A stretch of 64,000 bases of DNA from Eubacteriales bacterium. GTDB taxonomy: Bacteria; Bacillota; Clostridia; Oscillospirales; CAG-272. Position numbers and translations under genes: made by a program. Under the pieces are notes generated by a model. It was not told where the DNA came from. It saw only the letters and a program-made list of their open reading frames with translations, and did not search any database. Positions 20,653 to 29,509 of the stretch are shown piece after piece. Location of the stretch: the NCBI GenBank assembly GCA_045539595.1, contig JAZQFQ010000058.1:31736-95735 (forward strand), read 5' to 3'. Positions within the stretch are counted from its first letter, which is position 1; each line of letters starts with the position of its first letter.

Positions 20653-20689
20653 GTAAATACATACGATCCTTTCACACAGCGAGGTACAT

Positions 20690-21547
20690 ATGGAACTACT
20701 GCAGCTCCGCTATTTTTACGAAAGCGCACGAAACGAAAATTTCACAAAAACCGCCGAAAAGTATATGGTTCCCATTTCCTCCGTTTCCGCGTCGGTCCGA
20801 CGATTGGAAAAGGAATTGGGGTGCAAACTGTTTGACCGATCCTGCAACCGGATCACGCTGAATCCAAACGGAAAGCGGCTGCAGCAATCCCTTTCCTCCA
20901 TTTTCAACGAGCTGGACAGCGTGGTGGATGCTTTGAGCGCACCGGCGATGGATAATCGGGAAATCAAAATGCTGGTACGCGCCATGCGAAACCACATCAC
21001 CGATTACATCATTGAATTCAACCGGAAGTATCCCCACACCGCGTTCAAAACGGTCTTTGATTTCGGGGAGACGGCACCGGAGGACTACGATATCATCATC
21101 GATGAAAAAACGGATGCCTATCCGGGATACGAGGGATTTGAGTTGTTCAACATGCGTCTGCGGCTGCGAGTGGCGGAGAGCAGTCCCCTACTGGGGCGGA
21201 AATTGAGCCTGAAGCAGCTGTATAACCAGCCGTTTGTATCCTTGAGCGAAAACAGCAACATGCACAAAATTCTGATGGCGTCCTGCAAGCAGGCGGGATT
21301 TGTGCCCAACGTGGTGGCGCAGATCAACGATATCGAATGTTACGAGAAGCTGATTGAATCCGGCATCGGTATCGGCATTGGCCGCGAAACCATGAGTTCC
21401 CGCACCTCCCCCCGCATCCGTCCTCTGGATGTGGCGGATTTTGAGGAGCGGTACGTGGTGTATGTGTACTACAAGCATCACGAGAACTACGGAAATGTGA
21501 AACACTTTCTCAATTTTCTGGAGAAGCACGCCTACACCCATCTGTAA
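20690..21547 (+). CDS. LysR-family transcriptional regulator
   Basis: 285 aa, MELLQLRYFYESARNENFTKTAEKYMVPISSVSASVRRLEKELGCKLFDR. Divergent from the OCD-family gene. Confidence 0.9.
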   Translation: MELLQLRYFYESARNENFTKTAEKYMVPISSVSASVRRLEKELGCKLFDRSCNRITLNPNGKRLQQSLSSIFNELDSVVDALSAPAMDNREIKMLVRAMRNHITDYIIEFNRKYPHTAFKTVFDFGETAPEDYDIIIDEKTDAYPGYEGFELFNMRLRLRVAESSPLLGRKLSLKQLYNQPFVSLSENSNMHKILMASCKQAGFVPNVVAQINDIECYEKLIESGIGIGIGRETMSSRTSPRIRPLDVADFEERYVVYVYYKHHENYGNVKHFLNFLEKHAYTHL

Positions 21548-21550
21548 AGA

Positions 21551-21590
21551 AACAGGGCTGCCGCTTGGATGCGACAGCCCTTGTTTTTTT
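21551..21590 (+). terminator. terminator after the LysR gene (in the convergent gap with the isomerase-like gene)
   Basis: ACAGGGCTG-ccgcttggatgcga-CAGCCCTTGT followed by TTTTTTT. Confidence 0.75.
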
Positions 21591-21591
21591 A

Positions 21592-22959
21592 TCAGAGCAT
21601 ATATGTTTTCAGGCCCAGGGAGGCAGCGAAGAACTCGATCTCCTCGGGTCTGGCATCGTACACCATGATGCTGTGGTGCGTAGCGCCGCAGCGGCTGATC
21701 TTCTCCAGCACCTCGGAGATGGGACGGGAGAAATCCAGCCATCCGCGGATGGATTTGCGGAAGTGGGCCGTCTTTTCCTGCACCACTTTCACGGGAGCGA
21801 TGAAGGCGTTGAAGCCATTTTCGTCCTCGTACACATTGAGGAACACCCCATTGCCCGGCTTATAAGCGGCGGAGGCCGCGATGGGATCGGGACGGTCGCT
21901 GAAGGTGAACTTCTTCGTATAGGCCGTAGGCTTCTTATCCGCCACGGCGTAGTTCATCTCGCAGAAGTGGCTGATGAACAGCGTATTGTGTTCCCAGTCG
22001 GGACAGAAAATCTCGATGAAGGATGTATCGGCATAACTCTGCAGAAGAGCGCCGGTGAACAAAGCGGTAAGGGTATCGCCCTCGCCGGCGTAGCCCACGC
22101 CCTCGGACATGGAACGGCAGATACCGTTGAACGGCATGGTGGGCAGCTCTTCAATGTCACGGAAGTTGATGGTGAACGCCTGCAGGCCCTTATTCTGAAT
22201 CCACTTTTTCAAAGTGAGATCGGCCGTAACGGAATTGGTATACACAGCCTCATCCACTTCCTCAAGGAAGGTCAACTCGGCTTCGTTTCTCGCCTTTTCC
22301 GCTGCGATCTCCTCCTCCGTCACAGAGGCCGCCAGAGCGGTAAACTCGCCCTTCTCGGGATGGACAACGGTAACATCGAACGTCTTCAGCATATTCTCTT
22401 CGCTGACGCGGAAGTCGCCCATGCCGGGGAAGAATCCGCCCACGGCACCCACACGGGATCCTCTCAGGGAATTGGCGGCTACGGCGGCTTTCACAAAGCC
22501 AACCACCCGGTCGATCACATCGCTCTTCTCGAAATGGCCGGCAGCAATAGCGTAGGGCTTGCCGTTCTTCTTCAGAAGATTGCACATATCCATGACCCCA
22601 TGGATACCGTGGCAATACATCACTTCGCTGGAAAGCTGTTCGTCCGAGAAGTCGAATGTCTCGGTAGTATCGCAAACGATGATGGGCAATTTGGTATTCT
22701 TCAGTGCCTGCTCGGAGTACAGTCCGGGGGAATAGGCAAGATGCAAAGTAACGATAGCATCGCAGCCGCTCTCCTCATAGGTCGCCACTTCTTTCTCGAA
22801 CTGCTCTTCCTCGGTACAAATGGGACTGCGGACCACCTTAACACCGCGCTCTTCCAGCATAACGGCGATCTTCTCATAGAAAACGCCCATTCGCTCACGC
22901 AGGTGGGGACTGGTCTTATCATACTGCGAAATGTACAGAGGCAATAATCCAACTTTCAT
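21592..22959 (-). CDS. L-arabinose/L-fucose isomerase-like sugar isomerase family protein
   Basis: ORF 21592..23037 is 5'-extended; likely start is ATG 22959 (MKVGLLPLYISQYD...). Layout ...CDAIVTLHLAYSPG...LPIIVCDTT... resembles the AraA/FucI-type N-terminal fold. Specificity unknown. Confidence 0.6.
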   Translation of the reverse strand: MKVGLLPLYISQYDKTSPHLRERMGVFYEKIAVMLEERGVKVVRSPICTEEEQFEKEVATYEESGCDAIVTLHLAYSPGLYSEQALKNTKLPIIVCDTTETFDFSDEQLSSEVMYCHGIHGVMDMCNLLKKNGKPYAIAAGHFEKSDVIDRVVGFVKAAVAANSLRGSRVGAVGGFFPGMGDFRVSEENMLKTFDVTVVHPEKGEFTALAASVTEEEIAAEKARNEAELTFLEEVDEAVYTNSVTADLTLKKWIQNKGLQAFTINFRDIEELPTMPFNGICRSMSEGVGYAGEGDTLTALFTGALLQSYADTSFIEIFCPDWEHNTLFISHFCEMNYAVADKKPTAYTKKFTFSDRPDPIAASAAYKPGNGVFLNVYEDENGFNAFIAPVKVVQEKTAHFRKSIRGWLDFSRPISEVLEKISRCGATHHSIMVYDARPEEIEFFAASLGLKTYML

Positions 22960-23054
22960 ACTACCGGAATCCTTTCTTATGCCACACATCATTTTTAGTC
23001 CTCTTTCATAGAGCGGTTCAATGACTGAACCGCTCACGAAAGATATTATCCATT

Positions 23055-24365
23055 TCAGAAGCCCAAAGATTCGAAGGCTTCTTTTTCGCCCGCATAGGCA
23101 CCGACGCCCACACCCGCCATGATAGCGGAGCCGATGGCACCGGCGTGCTCGCCGTTGATTACGCGGACTTCCTTGCCGGTGATCTGGCCAACGACCTCAC
23201 ACCAGGGCTTGGAGTTGGTGATACCGCCCACCAGCTTAATCACATCTGCCTTGATTTCCAGCTCTTCCAGGAAGGCTTTCAGTCTTCTGGCGATGTTCTC
23301 CATGATGGCGCGGGCGATGTCGGGACGGCTATAGCCGCTGACATCCGTATTCTCATCCTCAATTACCAGGCCGTTGCAGCCCAGGGTAGCCTCAGCAGCC
23401 AGGCGGTCGAATTCCTTCACGGAAATATCGCCCAGGAAGAGGGTGGTATACTTATCAATGGTTTCTGCTACAGAAGTCATGGACTTCATGCCGCACCAAT
23501 TTCCTTTGGGAGCCATGAAGGGATCCACAAGGATGCCCTTGGAATGGGGAATGTCGCGGGTAGCATAGGGGATGAATACAACCCAGGATGTACCGCAGGA
23601 AACCATGACATTGCTTTCATCAAACACACCGGCACCTCTGGCGGCGCTGGGATGGTCGAAGGTACCGGGGATAACGGGGGTGCCCACGTCAAGGCCGGTC
23701 TTCTCTGCCGCTTCCGCGGTCACCGTACCCAGAATGGAGCAAGCGTCCACGATGGGCGGGAGTTTGTCCTCGGTGAGGCCGAGAACATCCAGATGCTCTT
23801 TGCTGTATTTGCCGGCGGCCTGATCGATCAGGTAGAAGGTGGTACCCTGGGAGCGGGTAATGCCCCACGCACCGGTCAGCTTGTAATTCAGATACTCGAT
23901 GTGCATGCAGACCATATCCGCATTCTCCAGTGCCTGCGGATTCGTTGCTTTCAGATAGCCCAGGGCAGACAGGGGGAAGGAGTCCAGCTTGGGCCAGCCA
24001 ACGGTATTGTATACGGCCTCCTTACTCAGGGGAGCAAGCACCTTTTCGGTGATGGCGGGATCATAGGAAGTCTGCCAGCCGTACACGGGAGAGCTGCTCT
24101 TGCCGTCCTTGACGAGCATCAGATTTCCGCCCGCGCCGGATACACATACACCGGCGATCTTGTCCTCACCCTGCAGGGAGTCGGAGAGTTCTTTGATAAC
24201 GGAAAAACAATTGTCACAGAAATCTTCCGCATTCAGAAGTTTCAGATCGTTTTCCCAGTAATAGGCATGTTTCTTGGTTTTTACGTTTTCTACTTTTCCG
24301 TCGCGGGACATCAGAACGCCCTTCACCGAAGAAGTTCCGATATCAAGACCAACAAAATATTCCAT
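23055..24365 (-). CDS. FGGY-family carbohydrate kinase
   Basis: The listed ORF starts at GTG 24485. The real start is ATG 24365 (MEYFVGLDIGTSSVKGVLMSRDG), with GGAGG 10 nt upstream. C-terminal ...GGITNSKPWCEVVGQITG... Confidence 0.85.
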   Translation of the reverse strand: MEYFVGLDIGTSSVKGVLMSRDGKVENVKTKKHAYYWENDLKLLNAEDFCDNCFSVIKELSDSLQGEDKIAGVCVSGAGGNLMLVKDGKSSSPVYGWQTSYDPAITEKVLAPLSKEAVYNTVGWPKLDSFPLSALGYLKATNPQALENADMVCMHIEYLNYKLTGAWGITRSQGTTFYLIDQAAGKYSKEHLDVLGLTEDKLPPIVDACSILGTVTAEAAEKTGLDVGTPVIPGTFDHPSAARGAGVFDESNVMVSCGTSWVVFIPYATRDIPHSKGILVDPFMAPKGNWCGMKSMTSVAETIDKYTTLFLGDISVKEFDRLAAEATLGCNGLVIEDENTDVSGYSRPDIARAIMENIARRLKAFLEELEIKADVIKLVGGITNSKPWCEVVGQITGKEVRVINGEHAGAIGSAIMAGVGVGAYAGEKEAFESLGF

Positions 24366-24524
24366 AATATTGCGCCTCCAAAGTTTATGTAATAGGAGCC
24401 ATTCTATAACTTGGCTAAAGTTAATTATAAAATATATAACCAAATATGTCAAGTAAATAACGGCACAAATCCCATAATTCACCACGGCACCCTGCCCTTT
24501 TTCCGGGCGGAACCGGTGTACACA

Positions 24525-25907
24525 TCACTTTTCGGCGGGAAGCGGATCGGCCTTTTTCGCGGCGAAATGTTCCTTTGTCAATTTCGTCACCACACCACAT
24601 AGTCCCACCACACCGATCAGGTTGGGAATCGCCATCAGGCCGTTCATGGTTTCGGCGATGCTCCAGATCAGATCCAGACTGCCCACAGCACCCACAAAGG
24701 AAACGGCCACATACACGATGCGATAAATGAGGACGGCCCACTTGGAATTTTTGAACAGATAGGACACGCTCACTTCCCCATAGTACGCCCAGCCCAAAAG
24801 AGTGGATAGAGCAAAGAATATGGTGGACAGCGTAACAATGACGCGTCCGATCCCGGGGAGTATGGAATCAAAGGAAGCAATGCTGAGGGCCGCCCCATCC
24901 AGCGCGCCTGTCTCCCAAAGGCCGCTCGTCAGGATAATAAGCGCGGACAGAGTACAGATAACGATAGTGGTGAAGAACACCTCAAACATACCCCAAAGGC
25001 CTTGCCGTACGGGATCCTTGGCACTGGATGCGGCATGGGCCATGGGGGCGCTGCCCAAACCGGCTTCGTTGGAGAACACGCCCCGGGCAAATCCGTAGTG
25101 CATGGCGACCAGGATACCGTAACCGGCCGCACCGCCGGCTGCCGCCCGGAAATGGAATGCTTCGCGGAAAATGAGGGCGAATGCCGCGGGCACCTTCCCG
25201 ATATTCAGAATCAGAGCCGCAACGGAGCAGCCCACGAAGAACACCGCCATAAAGGGCACCAGTTTCTCATTGACGGAGGCAATGCGGCGCATGCCGCCCA
25301 GAATCACGGCGGCGGCAATCACCACCAGGACTATACCGGTAATCCAGGGGGCTACGTGGAATGTGCTCTCGATCGCCACAGCAATGGAATTGGACTGGGT
25401 GGCGTTGCCGGTACCCAGACAGGCAATCATGGCAAAGACAGCGAACAGAGCCGCCAGCCACTTCAGACCCAAGCCGTTTTTGATGTAGTACATGGGGCCG
25501 CCCACCCACTCGCCCTTGTCATTCTTCTCCCGATATTTCAGGGAAAGAACGATCTCGGCGTATTTGGTGATCATACCCAAAAGCGCGCTGATCCACATCC
25601 AGAAGACCGCACCGGGGCCGCCGGCTACGATCGCCGTGGATAATCCGGCGATACTGCCGGTTCCGATGGTTCCCGCCATGGCGGTTGCCACCGCCTGAAA
25701 CGGGCTGACACCGGCGGCGTCTTTTTGATGCTGGTTTTTGGAAAAGACACCGCAGATGGTGTTTTTCAGCATATAGCCAAAACGCCGGAACTGCAGAAAA
25801 CCGGTTTTTACGGACAAAAACAATCCGGTTCCAATCAGAAGCGTGAGCATGACCGGTCCCCAGACAATGTCGTTGATAGCTGTGTTGATCGCGCGTAGTA
25901 ATTCCAT
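24525..25907 (-). CDS. alanine/glycine:cation symporter (AGCS family)
   Basis: About 460-aa polytopic protein, ...FLQFRRFGYMLKNT...SPFQAVATAMAGTIGTGSIAG...FSNEAGLGSAPMAHA... The listed start is GTG 25922; ATG 25907 preferred. Start uncertain. Confidence 0.85.
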   Translation of the reverse strand: MELLRAINTAINDIVWGPVMLTLLIGTGLFLSVKTGFLQFRRFGYMLKNTICGVFSKNQHQKDAAGVSPFQAVATAMAGTIGTGSIAGLSTAIVAGGPGAVFWMWISALLGMITKYAEIVLSLKYREKNDKGEWVGGPMYYIKNGLGLKWLAALFAVFAMIACLGTGNATQSNSIAVAIESTFHVAPWITGIVLVVIAAAVILGGMRRIASVNEKLVPFMAVFFVGCSVAALILNIGKVPAAFALIFREAFHFRAAAGGAAGYGILVAMHYGFARGVFSNEAGLGSAPMAHAASSAKDPVRQGLWGMFEVFFTTIVICTLSALIILTSGLWETGALDGAALSIASFDSILPGIGRVIVTLSTIFFALSTLLGWAYYGEVSVSYLFKNSKWAVLIYRIVYVAVSFVGAVGSLDLIWSIAETMNGLMAIPNLIGVVGLCGVVTKLTKEHFAAKKADPLPAEK

Positions 25908-25948
25908 AATCAGTACCTGCACACCTTACACGGCGGTGTGATGAAAAA

Positions 25949-26413
25949 TCAAGATATATCTTTTTCCTTATCGGGAAGCAGACACACATCCCGCTTGTTG
26001 GTGGACAGCACCACGGACGTTCGCGTCAGCGACACACCGCTGATGGATTTGACGCCGTTCAGAATACCCTCCAGCGTTTTTCCGCTGCCGGTGACTACTT
26101 TCAGAATAAAATCAAAGTCGCCGGCTATGTAGTAGCATTCCGCCACCGAGGTGTTTTCGTTGATCCGCCGGACAAAATTCTCATAGTGTTTGGGATGCTC
26201 CAGGCGGACGCTGATAAATGCGGTCAGATCTCTGCCCAGCGCGTTCTGGTTGATCAGGGTAGTATACTGCTGTATCACTCCGGAGTTCTCCAGTTTTTTG
26301 ATTCGCTCAATAACGGCAGAGGTAGACAGATTGATCTTCGTTCCGATATTGGTGGCATTTTCCCGTGAGTTTTCTTTCAGACAGCATAAAATTTGATAAT
26401 CGATTTCATCCAT
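25949..26413 (-). CDS. Lrp/AsnC-family transcriptional regulator
   Basis: Start moved to ATG 26413: MDEIDYQILCCLKENSRENATNIGTKINLSTSAVIERIKKLENSGVIQQY. 26 nt upstream of the symporter gene. Confidence 0.9.
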   Translation of the reverse strand: MDEIDYQILCCLKENSRENATNIGTKINLSTSAVIERIKKLENSGVIQQYTTLINQNALGRDLTAFISVRLEHPKHYENFVRRINENTSVAECYYIAGDFDFILKVVTGSGKTLEGILNGVKSISGVSLTRTSVVLSTNKRDVCLLPDKEKDIS

Positions 26414-26435
26414 ATGTAACACCCCCATGCGTATA

Positions 26436-26464
26436 ATTATACAACCCCATTCAATAAAAGTAAA
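26436..26464 (-). promoter_or_regulatory. candidate promoter of the AsnC-regulator / alanine symporter operon
   Basis: Minus strand TTTACT-17 nt-TATAAT, 23 nt before ATG 26413. Confidence 0.4.
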
Positions 26465-26632
26465 TACTTCCAAAAATGTCCCCAAATATTTCGTTAAAAT
26501 GCCGCATTGAAAGAAATATTTTTTTCGGCACCGTTGTTTTTGGCAGTTTTGCAGTAATTTTTATTGCGATTCGTTTGGATACACGGCGTTTTTATGGGGA
26601 TTTTCACGAAACCGCGAATTATTTAACGGACG

Positions 26633-26666
26633 CAAAAAAGCGGCACATCCTGCGATGTGCCGCTTT
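26633..26666 (-). terminator. spoIVA terminator
   Basis: Minus strand AAGCGGCACATC-gcag-GATGTGCCGCTT followed by TTTTG. Confidence 0.85.
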
Positions 26667-26676
26667 GATTTGTGTT

Positions 26677-28191
26677 TCAGAGAATGATACAGATCAGTCC
26701 GCCGCTTCCCTCGTTGATGACTCTGGATAAAGTTTCACCCAGCTTCTGTCTGGCGTCGTCCGGCATATGCGCCAGCTTGGCGTGAAGTCCGTCGTTAACC
26801 AACTCGTACAGCGAACGGCCGAACAGATTGGATTCCCAGATCTGTTTGGGATCCTCCTCAAAATCCCGCAAAAGATTGCGCACCAGCTCCTCGGACTGCT
26901 GTTCCGTCCCCACAATGGGATTGATCTCCGTCTCAATGGACGCCCGGATCATATGGACCGACGGTGCAGACGCCCGCAGACGAACCCCGTATCCGCCCGC
27001 CTGCTTGACGATCTCCGGCTCCTCCAATCGGAGGGAATCCACATCCGGCATGACGATGCCGTATCCGTTGGCATCCAATTCTCTTATGGCCTCGGCATAT
27101 TTATCGTATTCCCGCTTTGCGTCGGTAAGAGAACGGAGCACGCAGAGCAATTCCCTCTCCCCGTGGATATCCAGCCCCGTCAACTCGCCGATGATGGAAT
27201 AGTACAGGGAATCCGGCAGTGCCAGCCGCACCTGCGCCTTGCCGCTGCCCAGATCGATCTGTTCTGCCTCGGCGGACACGGTGTATTCCGTCCCGCCGCT
27301 TCCCTTCACTGACTCTGTGAGAGCCTCCGCCAGTGCGTCGGTATACATCCCGGGCACCTGCCCCACTTTGGTCACGGTGCGAGCGGTTTTCAGCGCCGCA
27401 TCCTCGATGGCAGCACATAGCCAATGATCCGCCCCCAAGGCGGAAGTCCACCCGGGCATACGCAAGGCAATCTCCCGGATGGGGAACTCCATCAGGAGCA
27501 TGTGCAAAATGTGCGAGATATCCTCCCCGTTCAATTCCAGACAGTTCACGAGAGCCACGGGCGCACCGTATTTTTTCTCCAGATCCATGGCCAATGCCTC
27601 CGCCCGGGCGGAGTCCGGCTCGGCGGAATTGAGGATCACGGCGAAGGGCTTGCCGATGGATTGCATTTCCCGGGCCACCCGCTCCTCCGCCTCCAGATAA
27701 CTGTCTCTGGGAATATCTCCGAAGGTGCCGTCGGTCGTCACCAGCATCCCGATGGTGGAGTGTTCCAGGATCACCTTGCGGGTGCCCGTTTCCGCCGCCT
27801 CATCAAAGGGCACGGCCTCCTCGGACCAGGGCGTATGGACCATGCGCGGGGTGCCGTTTTCCGTATTTCCGATGGCATCGGGCACCAGATACCCCACGCA
27901 ATCGATCATGCGCACGTTTACCCGTCCGCACTCCCCCACACTGATCTGCACCGCCTCGTCGGGGATGAATTTTGGCTCGGTGGTCATCACGGTCCGCCCG
28001 CCCGCGCTTTGGGGCAATTCGTCCCGGGCACGCTTTTTATCGTGCTCACCGGCAATATTGGGAATGACCACCGTTTCCATGAATTTTTTGATGAATGTGG
28101 ATTTGCCGGTACGCACGGGGCCCACCACGCCGATATAAATATCGCCGCCTGTGCGCGTTGCTATGTCCCGGTAGATTTCTGAACCTGTCAT
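26677..28191 (-). CDS. spoIVA: stage IV sporulation protein A (spore coat morphogenetic ATPase)
   Basis: 504 aa, IYRDIATRTGGDIYIGVVGPVRTGKSTFIKKFME (Walker A), full-length SpoIVA-like. Confidence 0.95.
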   Translation of the reverse strand: MTGSEIYRDIATRTGGDIYIGVVGPVRTGKSTFIKKFMETVVIPNIAGEHDKKRARDELPQSAGGRTVMTTEPKFIPDEAVQISVGECGRVNVRMIDCVGYLVPDAIGNTENGTPRMVHTPWSEEAVPFDEAAETGTRKVILEHSTIGMLVTTDGTFGDIPRDSYLEAEERVAREMQSIGKPFAVILNSAEPDSARAEALAMDLEKKYGAPVALVNCLELNGEDISHILHMLLMEFPIREIALRMPGWTSALGADHWLCAAIEDAALKTARTVTKVGQVPGMYTDALAEALTESVKGSGGTEYTVSAEAEQIDLGSGKAQVRLALPDSLYYSIIGELTGLDIHGERELLCVLRSLTDAKREYDKYAEAIRELDANGYGIVMPDVDSLRLEEPEIVKQAGGYGVRLRASAPSVHMIRASIETEINPIVGTEQQSEELVRNLLRDFEEDPKQIWESNLFGRSLYELVNDGLHAKLAHMPDDARQKLGETLSRVINEGSGGLICIIL

Positions 28192-28227
28192 ACTGTTTCC
28201 TCCGCATCTGTTTCTTAGGTTTGTACA

Positions 28228-28257
28228 TCTTTATGCGAATGGAATCGGAAATATGAC
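28228..28257 (-). promoter_or_regulatory. candidate sigma-E-type promoter of spoIVA
   Basis: Minus strand GTCATATT-14 nt-CATAAAGA, 37 nt before the ATG. It resembles the B. subtilis sigma-E consensus as I recall it (-35 xHATAxx, 14 nt, -10 CATACAxT). Confidence 0.45.
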
Positions 28258-28290
28258 AAGCCGTATTTTTAAGATTTGTTTAAAAACACC

Positions 28291-28319
28291 TTGACAAAGC
28301 CGAAGCAATCCTGTACAAT
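28291..28319 (+). promoter_or_regulatory. candidate promoter of the nucleoside hydrolase gene
   Basis: TTGACA-17 nt-TACAAT, 28 nt before the ATG. Confidence 0.55.
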
Positions 28320-28346
28320 GACAGCAGATACGGAGGTGTACGGATT

Positions 28347-29264
28347 ATGACGGAAGCACAACGACTGAAAAACATGGAAGTTCCCGCAGGCAAGGTGGAC
28401 TTGGTTCTGGACACCGATGCGTTCAATGAAATCGATGATCAATTTGCCATCGCTTATACACTGCGTTCCTCGGACAAATGCCATCTGCGTGAGATCTACG
28501 CCGCGCCCTTTTTAAACAAGAAGGTGGTGTCGGCTGAGGAAGGCATGGAAGCCAGCTACAATGAGATTCTGAAGATTCTGGATCTGGCAGGATGCGGTGA
28601 GATGAAGGATCGAACCTATCGCGGCTCTACCCGCTTTATGGCGAGCGAGGATGAGCCTGTGGACTCCCCCGCCGCCCGTGCGCTGATCCAGTTGTCCGCG
28701 GAGTACTCGGCGGAGAATCCCCTGTACGTAGTGGCACTGGGTGCCATCACCAACGTGGCATCCGCTCTGCTGCTGGATCCCACGCTGAAGGAACGGATCG
28801 CTGTAGTGTGGTTGGGCGGCCAATCCATCCACTGCGCTAACAATCGGGAATTCAATCTGCGGCAGGATGTGGCCGGTGCCCGGGTGCTCTTCGGATGCGG
28901 CGTGCCGCTGGTGATCCTTCCCTGCGCGGAGGTGGTACAGGCCTTCACCGTCAGCGGACCGGAGTTGGAATACTGGCTGGCCGGTAAGAATCCGCTTGCG
29001 GATTATCTGGCGAAGAATACCATCCGCGAGGCGGAATCCTACGCCAAAGGAACCGCATGGACCCGTCCCATCTGGGACGTAACCGCGGTGGCGTGGCTGC
29101 TCAACGAAGGAGATCGGTTTATGACATCCTACATGATACCGGCGCCGATCCCGGAATACGATCACCATTACGCATTTGATCACACGCGGCATCTGATCCG
29201 CTATGTGAACTGGATCCGACGGGACGCTTTGATGACGGATCTGCTGACCAAACTGGCACGATAA
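28347..29264 (+). CDS. nucleoside hydrolase (IU-NH family)
   Basis: 305 aa with the N-terminal aspartate cluster VLDTDAFNEIDDQFAIAY. GGAGGTG RBS present. Confidence 0.85.
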   Translation: MTEAQRLKNMEVPAGKVDLVLDTDAFNEIDDQFAIAYTLRSSDKCHLREIYAAPFLNKKVVSAEEGMEASYNEILKILDLAGCGEMKDRTYRGSTRFMASEDEPVDSPAARALIQLSAEYSAENPLYVVALGAITNVASALLLDPTLKERIAVVWLGGQSIHCANNREFNLRQDVAGARVLFGCGVPLVILPCAEVVQAFTVSGPELEYWLAGKNPLADYLAKNTIREAESYAKGTAWTRPIWDVTAVAWLLNEGDRFMTSYMIPAPIPEYDHHYAFDHTRHLIRYVNWIRRDALMTDLLTKLAR

Positions 29265-29271
29265 CGCAAAA

Positions 29272-29303
29272 ACGCTTGGAGAAACCTCCAAGCGTTTTCT
29301 TTT
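29272..29303 (+). terminator. terminator of the nucleoside hydrolase gene
   Basis: ACGCTTGGAG-aaac-CTCCAAGCGT followed by TTTTCTTTT. Confidence 0.85.
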
Positions 29304-29318
29304 AGAATGTCCCAATTC

Positions 29319-29490
29319 GTGTTCCCGGTAGAGACCACAGTACACAAAAGGCTCCCCTGTGCAAGGGGAGCTGTCAGCTAAAAGGCTGACTGAGGGGTTG
29401 TATATACTCGATTTTGACAATCCCTCCGCCCCTTCGGGGCACCTCCCTTTACACAAGGGAAGCTTTGCTTTTGTTCCCGGCAGTGGGAAC
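29319..29490. repeat. hairpin-dense intergenic element (possible member of a dispersed REP/MITE-like family)
   Basis: Five short stem-loops in about 140 nt: CTCCCC/GGGGAG 29352..29370; GTCAGC/GCTGAC 29373..29390; GCCCC-ttc-GGGGC 29428..29440; TCCCTT/AAGGGA 29444..29460; GTTCCC/GGGAAC 29473..29490. Edges carry TGTTCCCGGTAG (29320) and TGTTCCCGGCAG (29472). Confidence 0.5.
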
Positions 29491-29509
29491 ACCAAAGGCA
29501 ATGGGAAGT

